Assembly: GCA_963664225.1 (NCBI GenBank)
Contig: OY760937.1
Span: 1,216,001 to 1,280,000 of the forward strand
Direction: 5' to 3'
Origin: Verrucomicrobiia bacterium
Lineage (GTDB): Bacteria > Verrucomicrobiota > Verrucomicrobiia > Limisphaerales > UBA1319
DNA: 64,000 nucleotides
Shown: one piece after another, positions 62,301 to 64,000 of the stretch
How positions within the stretch are numbered: position 1 is the first letter of the stretch
Layout of the letters: every line of letters begins with the position of its first letter
The notes under the pieces: generated by a model
Database searches by the model: none
Told to the model about the DNA's origin: nothing
Seen by the model: only the letters and a program-made list of their open reading frames with translations
Position numbers and translations under genes: made by a program

Positions 62301-63999
62301 GGATGTGGTGGTCCAGGAAGGAAAGGGGTTTGCCCGGTTCCATGGCTTCGAGCCAAAGGGTGACTTTGCACAGTTCAACGGCCATGGGGTTGATGTCCAC
62401 GCCATATAGACAGTGGCCGATAACGTCGCGCAAGGCGGTCTGGTAGAGCAATGGGGAGGGTTCGCTCTCGCCCTGGGCCATGGCGCGCACGCGGGCAAGG
62501 TGCCGGGCCAGCCGGTGACCCGCGCCGACGAGGAAGTGACCGGAGCCGACGGCTTTGTCGCAGACTTTGATGGCCAGGATGGCTTCTTCCGAGAGTTTCC
62601 ACCGCCGGGGCGTAGGCGAAACGGAATCCCAGGCACGCTTCCGCTCCTCAGTCGTGGCGGTTTTGGATGCTCCGGCGTGTTTGGTGAGGAAGGCGAGGAC
62701 GTAGGTGCGCTTGGCCGCGTCAGTCTGGATTTCCTTTTCGACGGCAGTCCAGTCGGCTTTCGCGAGACGCTCGGCGTCCGCCAGACGTTCGTTGACCACA
62801 GGGTCGAGCGCGGAATCGAGGAGGCATTGAACGAGGCTGTCGGGCGTGTAGTAGGATCCAGAGGTCTTGCGGTCGTTACCGGCGAATTCGGCGAAGGTGA
62901 ACCGCGCTCCGTCGCCGCTGATTTGCGGCGTCAGGGCGAGAAAGCTTTCATACACGCCGCCGAACTCCTCCGAACCGAGATTCTTGTAGTCCACGGGGCG
63001 GAGGATTTTGTCCTTGCGGATGAACGCGAGGTTGCGGAGCGCATCGAGGAAATCAACGTTGGAGAGTTCTGTCCCTGGGGTGCTCAGTCCCGACCCGTTC
63101 AGGAGCGCAGTGGAAGCGGGATTCCAGAGCATGCTGCCAAGCGATGGCAGCGAGAGAGCGCTGCGCGTGGCAGCGAAACGGTCTTCCCCCGAAAGCGCAC
63201 CGACCAGGAGTTGGAATTGACGCCAGAGATCGCCGTGGCGGCTGCCCTTGATGCGGGAGGAGAGTTCGCGGAGACGGCTGGTGCTGTAATGCGCGGCGTA
63301 ACGTTCACGGGCGAGGCGGGCTGGGTCGGATTTGTTCTGCGGGTGCAGAAGGGAGATGCCTTCGAGTTCACGGTCTTCGGCAACGAAGAGGAAGATAAGC
63401 CGATAGACGATGCGCAAAAGCTGACCGTGAAAATCCTTTAGGCTGACAGTGCCGTTGCGGAGGGCCTCGCGCAGATGGCTGTTCCTGGGATGGCTAACAA
63501 AGCCCTGGCCGAGAATTTCAAGCGCCTTTTCAACACCGCCGCGCAAGTCGGTGAGCGCGGCAACGCCTTGTTCAGCGGCTTCCTTGCTCCATGTTTCGAG
63601 CCAGCACGCCTGCGGCGAGCCGCCATCGGGGCGGCCATGTTCGCGCGGCAGGAATCGAGTAGCGTGGGCGATGAGCCAGAGAAGCACGAAGTCGGAATAG
63701 ACTTCGCCGTCGAACATGGCTTCGAGGTCGAATTCCAGGAAGGATTGACGCGAGAGAGCCTGGTTGTCGCGCAGGATGCGGAAAGAAATACCGTTGGAGA
63801 CGATGGCCCAAAGGTGGGCGGAGCTGCGGTTGAGAAATTCCTGAACGAGTCCGTGGGGATTTGATTGAGCTGCGCCGCGAACACCGGCCGCGCGATGGTC
63901 GAGGCTGACGCCACAGCCAACAAGATGAATGGCGGTATTACCGGCAAAGCGGCTGATCGCGTAAGTCTTGCCATCAATGGTCGGACCGGCAGTGGTGGT
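59386..63999 (-). CDS. Type IIG/Eco57I-like N6-adenine methyltransferase-restriction protein (5'-truncated by window edge)
   Basis: GSYYTP, DKAVGSGHF, YGVDIN, GNSL, NPPW and TNERT TRD region; the frame stays open from 63717 to the window end. Confidence 0.88.
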   Translation of the reverse strand, partial: TTTAGPTIDGKTYAISRFAGNTAIHLVGCGVSLDHRAAGVRGAAQSNPHGLVQEFLNRSSAHLWAIVSNGISFRILRDNQALSRQSFLEFDLEAMFDGEVYSDFVLLWLIAHATRFLPREHGRPDGGSPQACWLETWSKEAAEQGVAALTDLRGGVEKALEILGQGFVSHPRNSHLREALRNGTVSLKDFHGQLLRIVYRLIFLFVAEDRELEGISLLHPQNKSDPARLARERYAAHYSTSRLRELSSRIKGSRHGDLWRQFQLLVGALSGEDRFAATRSALSLPSLGSMLWNPASTALLNGSGLSTPGTELSNVDFLDALRNLAFIRKDKILRPVDYKNLGSEEFGGVYESFLALTPQISGDGARFTFAEFAGNDRKTSGSYYTPDSLVQCLLDSALDPVVNERLADAERLAKADWTAVEKEIQTDAAKRTYVLAFLTKHAGASKTATTEERKRAWDSVSPTPRRWKLSEEAILAIKVCDKAVGSGHFLVGAGHRLARHLARVRAMAQGESEPSPLLYQTALRDVIGHCLYGVDINPMAVELCKVTLWLEAMEPGKPLSFLDHHIRCGNSLLGTTPELISVGLPDEAFDPIEGDDKEACASLKKLNRAQREGLRHLFIAEDTTLRDRMNQAAAAIDEMGDSRPEDIKCKEDAYRAEQSNFDFQKAWDLANLWCSAFVIKKHFLGGTSQISNLKLPAPSGPTETQAGLFGGTEEAPKAKKAKAGSRASLEVPIGITTQHLRDFVAGGALPDGLLAEAKRLADQYQFFHWHLAFPEVSAQGGFDVNLGNPPWDVQEVKDNEFFAASFPEILSVKSAKDKAAVLARIRASEPALWQSYQEYVRVTYGQRHFMAHSGGFPLSATGRMNLYRLFLEAGHTLVRPAGRVGIVLPSGFASDSFSQDHFSALHGEGRLVSLFDFENRLGLFPSVDSRYRFSLLTIGGHGACAETDFVFFAHSASDLADSWRHVLLSHHAVCALNPLSRTAPLFRSRHDYVLTLQMQKVGSIIGSSDGDHPWGIRPMLMFMMNAEMKGHRTAEELETAGCHLDGNRYVQDQEVWLPFYEGKMVGMYDHRAASIRFDPTNRVRRNQPVALSESQHEDAAQLALPMFWVNSASVAERCGGVPRWCLAVKDVTSSTNERTSIAAMLAGVALTDSLPWLGTEQAASMTACLLANLNSLPFDYVARQKVAGLHLRGHYLGQLPVIGLPQYEADCPWAHGVSRLNEWMLPRVLELTYTAWDLEAFAQDCDWSGPPFRWDEERRFMLRCELDAAFFHLYLGSEEEWRKNPAALTQAFPTPRDAVAYIMDTFPIVKRKDEAKCGTYRTKDTILEIYDALAESIRTSTPYQTRLDTPPADPLCCHPAKQVPIPKAIHPPSLQEVVAGFDFVLPSRRRPHINTPAEFYVTLIPALVQMAGDRLGYTELLEALTFLAAPPMSAVSLPTGASSVFGLWRSQFPSSLVDPKAFQAALHDLIVMRHALNIRPEENGHLIFKGLQWTAITFDWTLVDAKMALSHAAAAGTVTKPWLEAVPEEVLKLWAAA

Positions 64000-64000
64000 G

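Larger units (their letters stand above)
45287..64000. mobile_element. Integrated genomic island at tRNA-Leu (right end beyond window)
   Basis: Integrase directly downstream of the tRNA, an ICE-type methylase/helicase and defence cargo; no second copy of the tRNA 3' end seen in the window. Confidence 0.8.

Noticed and set aside
59386..64000. Calling the MTase part of DISARM or BREX
   Set aside because: The diagnostic partner genes are not in the window and the upstream context is cut off

Overview
The window looks like the chromosome of a GC-rich bacterium; gene style suggests Verrucomicrobiota (Pedosphaera-like), which is an inference. Positions 1-32 kb are mostly housekeeping: recJ (partial), ispD, a rhamnose regulator with rhaA-rhaT-lutABC, a ferredoxin, prfC, gltBD, tyrA-aroA-cmk-plsC, acs, ispH, dgt and hopanoid radical-SAM genes. 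This stretch hides a 620-nt ORF-less class C group II intron (minus strand, 20926-21545) inserted into a REP-like hairpin. Positions 32-45 kb hold an intact IS66 with an 8-bp TSD, two secreted modular proteins, an extended ECF sigma factor and an AT-rich ParA-ATPase + SIR2 gene pair that is a candidate defence system. From tRNA-Leu(UAA) at 45199 to the window end lies an integrated island. It carries a tyrosine integrase, a DarB-like methylase/SNF2 helicase with a nested TnpV-like gene and an AAA-ATPase remnant. It also carries a tightly coupled minus-strand operon: type IIG-like MTase > SMC-like ABC ATPase > PD-(D/E)XK-like gene broken by one amber codon > catalytically inactive long-B (RsAgo-like) Argonaute > restriction-like nuclease > unknown protein. 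All family calls come from motif recognition; no database search was run.
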